In this document: piece after piece, positions 27,581-40,162 of the stretch
Layout: each line of letters opens with the position of its first letter
Numbering within the stretch: position 1 is the stretch's first letter
Assembly: GCA_002633005.1 (NCBI GenBank)
Contig: NMRA01000629.1
Location: 109,589 to 173,588 of the forward strand
Reading direction: 5' to 3'
Source of the DNA: Phoronis australis
Lineage: Eukaryota > Animalia > Phoronida
DNA length: 64,000 bases
Notes under the pieces: model-generated
What the model was told of the DNA's origin: nothing
Seen by the model: only the letters and a program-made list of their open reading frames with translations
The model's database searches: none
Translations under genes and position numbers: made by a program

Positions 27581-28765
27581 ACAAGAGCAACGCGGAGCGT
27601 TGAAATGCGGCAACGAATGCATCGAAACGATGTGCTTTTAGGACTGTTTATTGGTCATAAAAATAGCCACTAGATAACGCAAAATGTACAATCCATCCGA
27701 AAATGGGGACATGTCACCAAATTTCATAGAAATCTGTTCACGGAACTTCAGAGAAACAAAGAAAAAATTAATGAAATATAAACTGGCACTAGGGGGCACA
27801 GTGTTCATTGGATATGCCTGAAATTTGTCATTGTCTGTAGTTAGCTTCATATAAATACACTTACTAAATTTAATGAAAGCCCAGCAGTGGGTTTAGGTGT
27901 AAAACAAAACAAAACTACCATTGGAGAAGCCACAGTAGTCAAAGTTGTCATCGTCAACCATCCTCTTCAATTTTGAAACACATCCTTAGAATGACTTGGT
28001 TGATAGAGGGGTGGACACCAAAAACAGACTCGAAAACAGTAAATATGGTCACTAGGTGGCTCAAAATACCTCTATTCCATCCAAACATCGAAAGATAGCG
28101 TCATCTCACCAACAGATAACTGTATTCAAAATTTTAGGAAAATTGGTCGAGGACCCTTGATGATACAGAGGTAAACGTAAAATCTAAAATTGCCACCAGG
28201 GGGCACACCAGTAGTCAGATCTGTCCCAAAGTCGTCGTTGTTCTTTATCAACATCAAATCAATACACTTGTTAAATTAAGTAAAAATCCTGCAAACGGTT
28301 TAAGAGATAGAGCCATGGGTGCAAAAAATGAAACTGCCACTAGGAAGCGCAACAGTAGCTGAAGTCATCGGAAAACCATAATCAGCCGTTCACTTCCTAT
28401 AAAAAACATACATGACAATTTTCGCAAAAAATGGTAAAAATGGCCACTAGGTGGCGCAAACTAAGTCGAATCCATATGAAAACGGAAACAAACACAAACA
28501 ACAGAAGCCTGTACCCATTTTTTTGAAAATCTGTTAATGACTTTTGAAGATACAAAGGTAAGCGTAAAAAACTAAAATCACACTGGTAGTTGGATCCTTC
28601 CGAAAGTTAGCTCATGCTGTTCCATTCATGTGCCAAATTTCTTGAACGTATGTCAAAGAGTTTTGAACATAGAGCAGCGGACGTCGGACGGACGGACGGA
28701 CGCCACACGGACGGACGGAGATGACTGCATAATGCATCCATATATAAATATGTGGGAGCATAAAA
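27581..28765 (+). mobile_element. Helentron-type non-autonomous element (HINE/pearl-like) with ~150-bp core repeats
   Basis: Starts acaagagc after an A run; ~150-bp core units each with ccactaggtggcgc-like motif; (ggac)n microsatellite at ~28678-28720; 3' palindrome then A run; homologous to 40163-45740. Confidence 0.7.
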
Positions 28766-29312
28766 ACTCAAAATATTCAGACTTTACTCGAGTCGTTTGT
28801 TCATGAAATTGATTGACACGTTCAGCATAAGGAGATAGTCCGCCCCTGTTTTCACTGCTGAAGCCAGTGAGTGCATTTATAGTAAAGTTACAAAATGGAT
28901 TAACAAGTTGCCCAGTCTTCTACCTGTTTACAACAATATGACCATCAACATATTTGGATTAGATGTTCATTCTTTTATTTTTATGTGGAATATATAATTC
29001 GCTTTGCAAATGGACTCTGGGTTCAGCACATTGACTCAGATAAACTTTCATGTTGTCGGTCAAGTTGTTCCTCATGACTCGTGAAAGCATGTCGTGTCGA
29101 GAAGATCAAGCATAAAGACTGCAATATTCCATATATCCAACGCTAACAGGAACTGAATATGAAAATATAACGGCCAGGTTTTATGTTAGACAATGACCTT
29201 ATAAAGCAGGTTTTATGGTATGCAAAACATTAGAAATGAAAGAGGTGCACTCTCTGTTCATGTGGTGAAAAGCAATTAGTATAAGATGACTTTCAGATTA
29301 AGGTTGGGAAAA

Positions 29313-29686
29313 CTAATTATTAACAATGTGTCTACGAACCTCCCTACCATCCTCAACATCCTCTGGAATACCTTGTAACACATCATCATGATCTAATGGT
29401 TCTTCATCAGATGGACAGATGTCACCTCGTTCAATCCCAATGTTATGAAGAATTGCGCAGGCGTAAATAAATTGACATGCCTGTTGAGGAGAAACCCGCA
29501 ACTCACCAAAGAGACAAGAGAAACGGCGTTTCAAAATACCGAACGTTTGCTCAATTAACAATCTCGCTCTGCACAATGCATTATTAAAAGAGACCTCTGA
29601 ATCAGCACCAGGCTTAATAAATGGCGTCATTAGAAACGTTCGAAAAGGGTAGTTCGAATCTCCTAACAAGATTCCTCTGTGTTCCC
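29313..29686 (-). pseudogene. Harbinger (HARBI1-like DDE) transposase, 3' exon
   Basis: GILLGDSNYP...LMTP...FNNALCRARLLIEQTFGILKRRFSCL...ACAILHN; ttcag acceptor at 29687-29688. Confidence 0.9.
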
Positions 29687-29745
29687 CTGAATAAAGAAAA
29701 TTAAAACAATTATTACAATGAAATCCATGAACCAATTCAATGTCA

Positions 29746-32700
29746 TTCAATACATATCACTCGTCACTAAATGCCCTATGACAGACAAAATACACTGGGT
29801 TGTACCCGGCAGAAATCTCCAAAAATCTCAACCACGGTATGCCATCAAAATTTGAGCTAGACTAGATATTCGAAGTACCGTCCAAAACTGATTTACATGT
29901 AAAATGAACAATAGTACCGCACTGAACACCAAATGACCCATGACAGACAAATTGCACTCTGGAATGGGTCCGGCAGAAACCAAAAAGGACCCCCCAAAAT
30001 GAGCCAGCACGTACATTCGAGGTACCCCAAAAACAATTCCATCTGATTCAAATAGACGTTACTGGTTCCTAAATGGCGTATGGCAGATAAAACAAACTCT
30101 GGATTGTGCGCGCCATACCCAGAAATTTCAACCTCGTAATTTTGAATATCTTTGACATATTAGATAATGAAGACACCGGTTAAAGCTTGGTACAGTTTCG
30201 TAGAATCAATATTTCGATAAGGAAGATGCTGGGATCACGAGCGTTGGTTCATGGCGAATTCCTGTATTTCCGTAATACTTTTGCGTCTTCTGAGCTCTCG
30301 CACTGAGTGTCAAATCGATGATGGCCGAAAGTAAGCATTTTGGAAAGCACCTGATAGCAGTAAAACTTTGGGATAGCAGGAACTGTTTAAAACCAACCCA
30401 TTAAGTGATGTTCAAGACCGCAGGTAGTGTAGTATAATGATCTATCGAAACTGCCAGCAGCAACACATGTCTCCTAAATTTGCGCTAGACCGAGGAATCA
30501 CGAAAATGATTTCCAAAGAGCCCTTTCATTCCTTGAACTAGTAAACAATACGTTGAAAGAAAAGCAACAGAGGTGATTTCAAAAATCTTCTTTATCAAAA
30601 TTAACTTAAAAATAACATAACTTTCAAACAGCAACTCGCTTGTTTCGTCATAGTCCATTTCCTTCATCGACTTGGTTTTCTTGTGAAAGCCCAGCACCTT
30701 CAAAAAGGACATCAGGAACGGCAGATCCACAAAAATCATTCGGGAGTATAGTATCCATCTTGTGTCTTCCAGCCGTAATTCACAGGATCCAAACCGTTTC
30801 CCGGATAGGCAAAATCCGCTTGACCCCAGGGCATGGCAACATAATGCGCTCGTTTGAGCTTGTTCAATAGTGTCTTTCTGCAAGGAGGCAGCAATGCGCA
30901 GTCAATCTTCTTGATGTTGGACATCTGCTTTTCCCGAAATAAATAATGAGGAACTTTAATTGACGAGGAACCAATTGCCTGAACACCATTAATGTCTTTT
31001 GAGTATCAACTGAGATTGGGTCTTTTGGGAAAATACCATAAAAATATTTGAAATTATTTTTGTTGCTTTTATCAACTATATTTTAACAATTAACAGTCAT
31101 TACCTTGTTTATTTTTCCGGTCATCTCGAGTAATTTCAAATATCTCGCTTTATTGACATCTTTGACTCCACACTTCATTCCACAAAGGATGCATATGAAT
31201 TCTTCTAACTTTCTTTCGTCTGGGACATCTACTCTTGTTAACTCTGAGAAGAATTGGGTAAGTGTCCCAAATGAGTCTTTCATCAGAATTTCCAGAGGCG
31301 TCACTTTCCCTTTCCTATACAGTGCTGCTGTGACGTCACACCTGTCATTACATGCAGACCAGGTAATGATGCAGTGAGACCATGTTGTATAGACTCTAAA
31401 GTGTGAACAATAGCGGTGACGTCTATACGTCTACGGTTATTACCAGACCCACAGTCCATTATTACACGCTCGAAAGGCATTTCTCTGCCGCTCTTCACTT
31501 ATCTTGCTATCATTCCAATAACATTTACAAATACATCCGTGTCAGGAGCCCCGATTAATACATTGACATTTGAGTTGGCTAAGTGGAAGGCAAGGAGCGT
31601 GTCGGCTTCTTCGTGGGAGCATTGAAGATCCGGTGGATGATCAGCTGCCATGGTATCTCTGTATGAAAGGAGAATGTAGTTGCCCCCATGTGAGACAGCA
31701 AGAATTGATCCGTATCGTTTTTTTTCCATTCTTGTAGGAGGAAGGTTGCCAAACTGTCCTTAAATGTCCCGTTTTACAACAGTTTTGACTGGTCTGTCTG
31801 GGTGTTTGCTCTGGGCCATTGATGACGAAAGGTTGGTCTTCTGGTCCACGCAACTGCCGTTCACTACTCTTCAGAGAGAGCGTTTTGTATTTATCGAATA
31901 AGACATGGACCTCCTTACTTGAGCTTGCACAGACGTAAGCTAGAAGGTTTGGGGCCAGATTTTTATAAGATACGATGTTTCCACTTGAAGACAGAAACGA
32001 ATGCAGCAAGAGTACCCCATCTATTAAAGTCTCGTCAATCAACGGAACAGGTGTTTCTGAAAAGCCTCTTTGGAAACTCTCAAATTTACCTAGCAACTTG
32101 CTTTTTTCAGTCTTGATCATGGATCCGTCAGAGTGCGCAATGGACAGTGGGTACTGCGTAATTGGAAACGCCATCACATATCTCATGTCAAAAACTGACA
32201 TTTCCGAAATGATAACGAGTAAATGAAAGAAAACGTCCCGAAGGCTCTAAGCTATTGACTTGTCCTTGGCAACAGGCTGCTTTTTATTTGTACTTTCTTT
32301 TGCAAAGTTGTGCATTTTTCGTCTTCTAATGGGCTTCAAAAACCTCTTCTTATCAGTTGAACACTGGTCTTGGAATTCAAGTTGCAGTTTGCCTCCTGCA
32401 TCAAGGCACCCGATTAAATACTCTTTGGTTTCTTGTGCGGCTGCTTTACCAGTTGTAATATTCAGCAAATAGTCGGATGTTGTTGTTGGCTCCGAAAAGG
32501 GGTCTCAGGAATTTGAAATAACGTTCAACAGTTGGTCTTTGTCGCTCGTATCTTTTATAATTCTACTTCCTCGGAAATGCATTGCTGGTTCCTCTTCAGA
32601 CTGTAGTCCTGCCAGATACCTCAACTCCGTAACAGACATTCCTCGCTGAGTTGATGTAAAGCACTATCGTCTCATGGCAGAGTTTGAATTGTGAAAATTC

Positions 32701-35700
32701 CTAATTCCTTTCATAGGTGAGGCTGCGTCTCAGTCTGTTAACGGTCTGTTCAAGCGTTAAATCTACTGCTGACCTTGAACAATTTTTTCTAGTTCTTCTG
32801 ACCGAGAACTCTCCTGATTCCAGAATCATTAGAGTTAGAGGTGTGACGTTTTTGAGCTGGTCGAGAAAAAAAACAGAACCAGCGAGCGTAATTAGGTCGA
32901 TTCAGACCAAAAAACGTGTCGATGAAACCTGGGAGTACTTGTATGTAGTCCACAACGTTGTTTGTGCGCAAAGCACGCACCAGATTCCTGTGGAGATGAT
33001 TAATCATGTATACATACACTCCCCAGAGTAGGTCTTTAAAGAATGCATTGTACTCATCCATGTGACTTTGAAACGTTGGATGTGTTTCCAGAAACTCTTA
33101 TTGTATGTCAGTTCCTTCAGGGACCATCGCTAGAAATTCTTTGATGTCATCTTGCCTTTCCCGAGGAAGAGTTGAGACAAAGGTCTCGTACACTTTCCTC
33201 TCCATCGCTAGCGCAACAATGTCGTGAACTCTTGTGCAACGGTTGTAGTATTTACCACGGATGAAACCCATCAAGGAGCCTTCTGCTAATATACCAGATT
33301 CTGTCAACAAGTGCTATACACCACTATCGTCGACGAATGTTCCAATGGCACCAAAGAACGCCATCTCTAAGTGAAAATTTCCGAGCATAATCAGGAGCTT
33401 TTCGAACACAGGTGCATCCAGAGCTTGAATGGAATAAGCTTTGAGGGCTACGGCAAGGCCGTAAGTGACAACACCGTATTCCTGTCCAGCCTCAGGGGCC
33501 ACAATCATTGTCCTCACCATGGTTTCCCGGACAACATCATTTTTAGTTGGCGAAGCAGGTAAAGGGTCCATATACCATATTCTTTGCAAAGGTAAGGGGT
33601 CATAGATAAACTTCGAGTAAAAGCTAGAAAATAGAGGCATAGATTTTACAACGTGTGACAGCAGTAACCAGTAGAAGTCAAGGTGTTGGACACGTGGTGA
33701 TTCTGTTACTTCAGTGTCTTGCAGTGGTGCCATCAAATTAAAGTTAGCTTTTTTCAGTTCTTTGCAGTAAGGCATAATCTCAGTTTCTTTGCCGTCAAAC
33801 TGTCGTCTATTCCTAACAGTGCGGATACCTGTCTCCGAACGATTTTCATTGGGAAGTCTGGTTGTGGCATTATCTTCACGAATATTCTGGTAACAAATTC
33901 CTACTGTGGCATGAACTGTGTGTTTTCCCTCTGTGGTCTCCATATTAACGTCGTAATTATCCCAAGCAAGGGCTCTGGATGACGTTCCACGACATCTGGA
34001 GTATGTCTATCATTTTTCTCCACAGTGTATGCAAACTCTGTCTCAAGTGCCTTCACTTCGCACACTCCCAGACGATTCAGAATAAGTAGAATCAATTTTG
34101 ATCCAGACAGAGACCCCATTCCCAAGCCAAGCACAGTATGCTTCCAAGGTCGTACCGCTCCTCTTGAAGCGTTGTAAACGGCATCTGATGACATTGATAT
34201 CACTTTGCGTTTAACTGCGTCGTTACTTTCACTACTTGAAGGTTCATAAATACTACAGAGAAGAGTTGTGTAAAATAGCACCACTTCCTCTGGCAGTTCT
34301 GGTGGACTTGCCTTCAGAGTTGTTACGAAAGTCGGTATGGAGTTTCCCACTTAGGCATTGCTAGAATGACTGAGCAAAGATGAAGCGCCGCAGCTCATAT
34401 GGTGTGGAGTTGTTACTCATCAGCACTATGAAAACTTGCTCTTGCTTCTACTTCAGACACACTCGAGCAATAAACAAAATTTCCCCTCCTTTGGTCATAC
34501 ATAGATACAATGATCCTGTCACCGAAATTATCCTTTATCTTTCTCACCAAGGCTTGAATTGAACAACTTTCTGCATCGTCTCTTTCACCTCCAGCATTCT
34601 CGAACTCGCTTCTTTATAGATCCAGTAGTGATGATGAAAACATTGCCTTACCACCTCGAATTATTTTAACATCGATTAGATTGGACAATGCTTCAAATGT
34701 GGTTGCGTGTAATCCCCTCATTGAGGATAATTCATTCTTTATACAGTCAGTTTCATTGAAGAATTCCCGTCCACAAGATTTATGGTATTGAGCCTATTTC
34801 GCTATAAGATCTACCCCACTTGCAACAATAGACTTCAAGCACTGGTTGCTACTTTTGTAAGCAGCATCAACAATGGCTTTGACGCCATCTCTGGTAAGAC
34901 AATCGGAAAGAGGTTCTTCCTTCATTTTAGCAGTCTTCCTTTTTATAGGACAAAAGATGCAGGATCCCTTCAGTATACCTCTGGAATTCGTCGGCAGCAC
35001 CATATTTTGGAATCTGGTTCCTGGCTTCTTTATAGCGGTACCGGCTTTGGACTCAAATGACGGTCTTTTAACAGCAGTGGAGTTTTTGTAGCATTTAGAG
35101 TGGTAATTGCTGGTTTTGTCAAATTGACTTCAGTTGTTATGTCTCTGTATCGATCAGACTTCATAAGTAATCTGTATTGAGCGTGCCCCACACCTTTTCC
35201 ACAAGTAATTTCAAAGGGTCTCCTCCCTCTGACTTTCAAATGAAGCACGTATGCTTTGCTGCTTCAGCATGGGTTGGCACCTGAAAGCATATCTAGAATA
35301 TAATTGTTAAAAAGATGAACAAAAAACCCTAGCTCAGTATTTGTACGAGCCTCTTGTGGCATTTGATAAATTTCTCGCCGGATCATAGGTATTCTGCTTT
35401 GGTCTGATAACGAGTATGTAATTATACATGTATAGACGGGCATTATTGCTAATGTGTTTTCTAATCATATTTACCGGGTTAGACGTCTGTGGATCTCTCA
35501 CTGTGTCGCTACCCTCGTCCACATCCATTGATGCAACGTCGTCTTGCTGAGCATAAAACACGTTGGTTTAAAAGTATATAATGTAATTGCACTAAAGTTC
35601 TTTCATTTAACGAAATTTGTGAAAACGACATGTATGGCGTGATAGTTCCGCTAAAAAAAAGAATGGGTTTTACAGAGCAGCTGAAAGTCACCACTTGTTT

Positions 35701-37397
35701 ATGTAATCTTACAGTTCTGAAATGTATTTAATACCATTGGAAGTATAGTTGAAGTGCAGCGCCCACGTTTTGAAATTACCTGCAATAGCTGAGGGTATCG
35801 CTTAGGAGTGCTGGTATCATCGGCACCACTACATTCACTGTCCATTTCCATCATTATGAAACTCTGTAGGCGCGCCTAAAGTTAACCAAAACCAAAATGT
35901 ACTCTATACATGGCTTAACCATAGGCGGCGCACCATAAGGGACTGGGGAGCTATAGCCCCACACGCACTTATCTTCAGTGCTTCGCCGCCCATTTTAACA
36001 GTGGAAACAGTTCTAAATCGCAGAACCCAACACCAATCTTGGTGCTTTACATTGTCTCAAAGTATAGGTAACGTGTTAAAAAAACATTAGGTCGGCGTGA
36101 TTCGAACCAGGGATTGACATTCCCAATGTCTAAAGACAAGCGCAGACAAATCACCTCGTCTACCTGCCCTTGTTACCAAAACAGGTGGTTGTTTGTATAT
36201 TTATTTAAATAGCATTGGCACTCCAGCGCGTGGCTGCGCACCAAATCAGGGGTGATTTGTATTATATCACGCAAAACATTACCTAGGCCAGCGACAAATA
36301 TCGACTCCGCGAAACTAAAACGTTGCAAACACTATACACAACATTGAATTTCTTCAAAAACTTACCACGAGGCGAGTTAACTGTCACGCATCTTACACAC
36401 GTCTACTTTTCACTTGTAGTGAGAGCATCATGGGAGTAAACACAGGCTTTAGTGAATGAAAGATTTCTGTTATTAATTCTCGTTTCCTGCGGTCCCGCTT
36501 CGTAAAACATGCAGTTAACTTAAATACACTAATTGTCACCAATTGAGAATATGTTTACTTCGGTTTCCCTGATGCGATTTACATTGTATAACATCTCGCT
36601 GTCTAGTTGTTTGGGTTTCCCGCCCAAGTACTTGAACTAGCAGGGAAAGCTGCATGGGCAAATGTAGCTACATTTTAGGGTCCTTTCTGGGTTATTGGCC
36701 AACGATTTCCAGAGTAAAATTTGTCATTCACGGATCATTTTGTTCAGTGCAGCACGATTGTTAGTCTTAAATCAATTCAAGCAGGTACCCAAAAAATGGC
36801 ATGGTTGAGATTTTTAATGGTTTCTGCTGGGCACAATCCAGAGGGTATTTTGTCTGTCGTAGGGCATTTAGTGACCAGTGACATGTATTGAATCTCATGT
36901 AATTGTTTTTTGTGGCATCTCGAATGTATGTGCTAGCTCATTTGTAGGAGTCCATGTTTGGTTTCTGCCGGACCCATTCCAGATTGCAATTTGTCTGTCA
37001 TGGGTCATTTGGTGTTCAGTGCGGTATTATTGTTCGTTTTAAATCAGTTTTGGCCGGTACCTCGAATATCTAGTCTAGCTCAAATTATTGATGGCATATC
37101 GTGGTTGAGATTTTTGGGACTTTCTGCCGGGTACAACCCAAAGTGTATTTTGTCTGTCATAGGGCATTTAGTGACCAGTGACATGTACTGAATCACATGG
37201 AATTGTATTTTTGTGGTACCTCGAATGTATGTGCTAGCTCATTTTCGGGGGTCATTTTTTGGTTTCTTCCGGACCCATTCCAGAGTGCAATTTGGCTGTC
37301 ATGGGTCATTTGGTGTTCAGTGCGGTACTATTGTTCGTTTTAAACAGTACACAACATGGATTTTTGCACATTTTCAATTACCGGTGGCCACAGACTA
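29746..37397 (-). mobile_element. Academ DNA transposon (XPG-nuclease-bearing type), left terminus truncated
   Basis: Long inverted repeats (29746-~30110 vs ~36840-37195); right end ...ggtggccacagaCTA fits Academ TAG...CTA termini; encodes Academ-type transposase plus XPG/PIN-like motifs. Confidence 0.75.
30640..35250 (-). pseudogene. Academ transposase with XPG-like nuclease domain, multiply frameshifted, one intron (~30926-31102)
   Basis: CIFC...DLIAK-AQYHKSC; AWDNYDVNMETTEGKHTVHATVGICYQ; LGNFHLEMAFFGAIG; GILAEGSLMGFIRGKYYNRCTRVH; PLSIAHSDGSMIKTEKSKL; CSHEEADTLLAFH; PDTDVFV; LPGLH; LPPCRKTL...KRAHY...W. Confidence 0.85.
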
Positions 37398-38520
37398 AAT
37401 ATATGACGTAAAATTTAGCTAAACCCATGTTTATTTTGTGTAATTAGCTCAAAATTTTATTTTTTCTTTCAATTTTGCCAATTTTCACATTTCCCGCCAT
37501 GTGACGTCATGGGTTGAACACAGGAGATCAGTGACTAGCAATAAACAATGGCGGAGACCAGGGAATTTGAAAGTGACTATTATGAGCAAGAATTGAACGA
37601 ATACTATGAAGAAACGTATGAGAATGGTGGCCAGGATGAGGAAATGGGGTTGCACGAAAGCGAGAACAAGTTTAATGTGCTTCCGGCTGCGTACTTTTCT
37701 ACTTTGAGCCTTGTGAACTGGATCCTCCCTCGAGAGAAGCGGCCTCGGGCTCGGCGAGTCAACCCAGTCATCCAACAGNNNNNNNNNNNNNNNNNNNNNN
37801 NNNNNNNNNNNNNNNNNNNNNNNNNNNNNNNNNNNNNNNNNNNNNNNNNNNNNNNNNNNNNNNNNNNNNNNNNNNNNNNNNNNNNNNNNNNNNNNNNNNN
37901 NNNNNNNNNNNNNNNNNNNNNNNNNNNNNNNNNNNNNNNNNNNNNNNNNNNNNNNNNNNNNNNNNNNNNNNNNNNNNNNNNNNNNNNNNNNNNNNNNNNN
38001 NNNNNNNNNNNNNNNNNNNNNNNNNNNNNNNNNNNNNNNNNNNNNNNNNNNNNNNNNNNNNNNNNNNNNNNNNNNNNNNNNNNNNNNNNNNNNNNNNNNN
38101 NNNNNNNNNNNNNNNNNNNNNNNNNNNNNNNNNNNNNNNNNNNNNNNNNNNNNNNNNNNNNNNNNNNNNNNNNNNNNNNNNNNNNNNNNNNNNNNNNNNN
38201 NNNNNNNNNNNNNNNNNNNNNNNNNNNNNNNNNNNNNNNNNNNNNNNNNNNNNNNNNNNNNNNNNNNNNNNNNNNNNNNNNNNNNNNNNNNNNNNNNNNN
38301 NNNNNNNNNNNNNNNNNNNNNNNNNNNNNNNNNNNNNNNNNNNNNNNNNNNNNNNNNNNNNNNNNNNNNNNNNNNNNNNNNNNNNNNNNNNNNNNNNNNN
38401 NNNNNNNNNNNNNNNNNNNNNNNNNNNNNNNNNNNNNNNNNNNNNNNNNNNNNNNNNNNNNNNNNNNNNNNNNNNNNNNNNNNNNNNNNNNNNNNNNNNN
38501 NNNNNNNNNNNNNNNNNNNN

Positions 38521-38695
38521 GGGTGTAATGAGAGCCTGAGGCGAGGAAGCGGAGGGTCAGGAGGAGTTTGTAAAGTGGCGGTAACGATGTGTTGCTGTGA
38601 TATTGGTTCAGATTGATTAGATTTAATATGAAGACAATGGTGTTGGGTAGGAAGCGGTACCTACGGAATAGTTCCTCACTACTCAGGCTCTCCAA
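38521..38695 (-). pseudogene. Harbinger transposase N-terminal part (runs into the gap)
   Basis: EELFRRYRF...LPPLYKLLLTLRFLASGSHY is the typical HARBI1/Harbinger N-terminal HTH region; same strand as the 3' exon and just inside the right TIR. Confidence 0.8.
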
Positions 38696-38939
38696 CGGGT
38701 TTTGTATTAGTGTTTGGAAGTGGTGTTCGCCCTAGGATAATGCCTATTGTCTGCCAATTTTATTTTGGAGTGCAATTTGAAGTACGCTAGCTTAGCAAAC
38801 TTGAAATTTGGAGTCAAAAAATTTTCGAGTCTGACATTAAGGCACGCTTTCGACTTTGGACTCCAGTCGAGTTGAAAACGAGATTTCGAGTCCATGTTCG
38901 AGTTCGAGTCTGACAATGGGCACCGGGTCCAGAAAACGT

Positions 38940-39680
38940 CTGGTGTAACGACACCATTTTTGTCATCAGATGGTAGTCCTCCTTTCTTGGCTGTTTCACC
39001 GCTGTCCACAACAGCCTCCAGAATTGTGCCAACAGACGTGATCACGACTGTATATTGGCATTTTCTTTTGACATAGTTGCCTGCAGCACCTTCAGGAACT
39101 CTGCAGCGTTGCTTTGCCCGTGTGATATTTTTCATTCTCCACATCCACTGCGATGCTCTTTCAGCATGGTAACCCATGTCACCCACCTTTCTCCCTGTGA
39201 TATGTAGCATATGGAGCGCCCGCCAAACAGATTGGCCTACAAAACCTCTGCATCCAAGTTCCAAGGGGAAACATCGCAATCTCCAGCCGTTCTTCCGGCA
39301 CTTCTAGACCAGTTTTTAATACTTCACTCTCTTCCTGTCTTGAGCTTCTTCCATACTCTCTTCCCACGGCACAGTCAACTCCAGTATTACCACTTGCTTG
39401 GTTAGTCTTGACCACACTACTATGTCTGAACAAAAGTTGGTCTGGACTACTTCGGATGGAAAAATCAGTCTCTTATGCAAAATCACCGTTAACTTCTAAT
39501 CTCCTACTGAATCCAAGACACCGCTTCTTCCACTTTGTAGTGTCGCCTACTTGGTGCACCACACCAGTGGTTCTTCGACCTCTTGTCAACCTCCTGTCCT
39601 TCTTCAGAGTCTTCTCTAGGTGTCCTTTTACCACTTCTTATACCTTGATGTGTCTCCCACTGCACCGCCCTCCTGACATT
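38940..39680 (-). mobile_element. RLE-type non-LTR retrotransposon 3' fragment (HERO-like)
   Basis: Across frames: SRPDQLLF...VELTVPWEESMEEAQDRKRVKY...GWRLRCFPLELGCRGFVGQS...AERASQWMW; related fragment at 53140-53560. Confidence 0.7.
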
Positions 39681-40162
39681 AATTTTAGCTGAACTATTTT
39701 TTTCAATTTGAAATAGGAACGGTATCTGCCTGAGTCTTTCTTGTTATTAAGACTGCCCCAGCAATTCATACAGTTTTGTTGCGATTGTGTCGTGCGAACA
39801 AGGACACTTTTACATAACCTGATCATACTGTTTTTTGTCGAAATAACTGTATGCTTGGCCTACTATTATTTCAGACGACAACATCGGCTTAATGGCCGAG
39901 AACGCATTTCTGGAATACTGTTTCTGTGTGATTTTATTACACATTCCAATTCTCGTTGAGGTCTGTAGGACATATGCAGAGATCAAGACAGTTGATTTTA
40001 GCAGTTCAATTCTCTTAGAATACTCTGCCACTTCGGGAGTGTGTTTTAGTTTCGCCAACAGGCCGATAGACTTAGCCCGCGAGGTTTCCGGTGAAGTCAT
40101 AAAAGTGTGCCCATTGTTACTTATGTACAAGCCGGATATTTTAAAGAGGCATGGAACGCAAA

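Larger units (their letters stand above)
21747..38929. mobile_element. PIF/Harbinger DNA transposon, expanded to ~17 kb by nested insertions
   Basis: Imperfect TIRs ggcccggtgcctaatgtcagagtcgaactcgaac / (rc) gacccggtgcccattgtcagactcgaactcgaac; flanks CCG/CAG (CWG-like 3-bp TSD, one mismatch); convergent Myb/SANT and transposase genes inside. Continuity crosses the N gap. Confidence 0.8.

Noticed and set aside
37548-38695. 326-aa and 363-aa ORFs in the track
   Set aside because: Artefacts of translating through the N gap; only the flanking parts are real sequence.
39690-40160. Possible old CR1/L2-type RT tail (KSIGLLAKLKH)
   Set aside because: Only one weak motif; too degraded to call.
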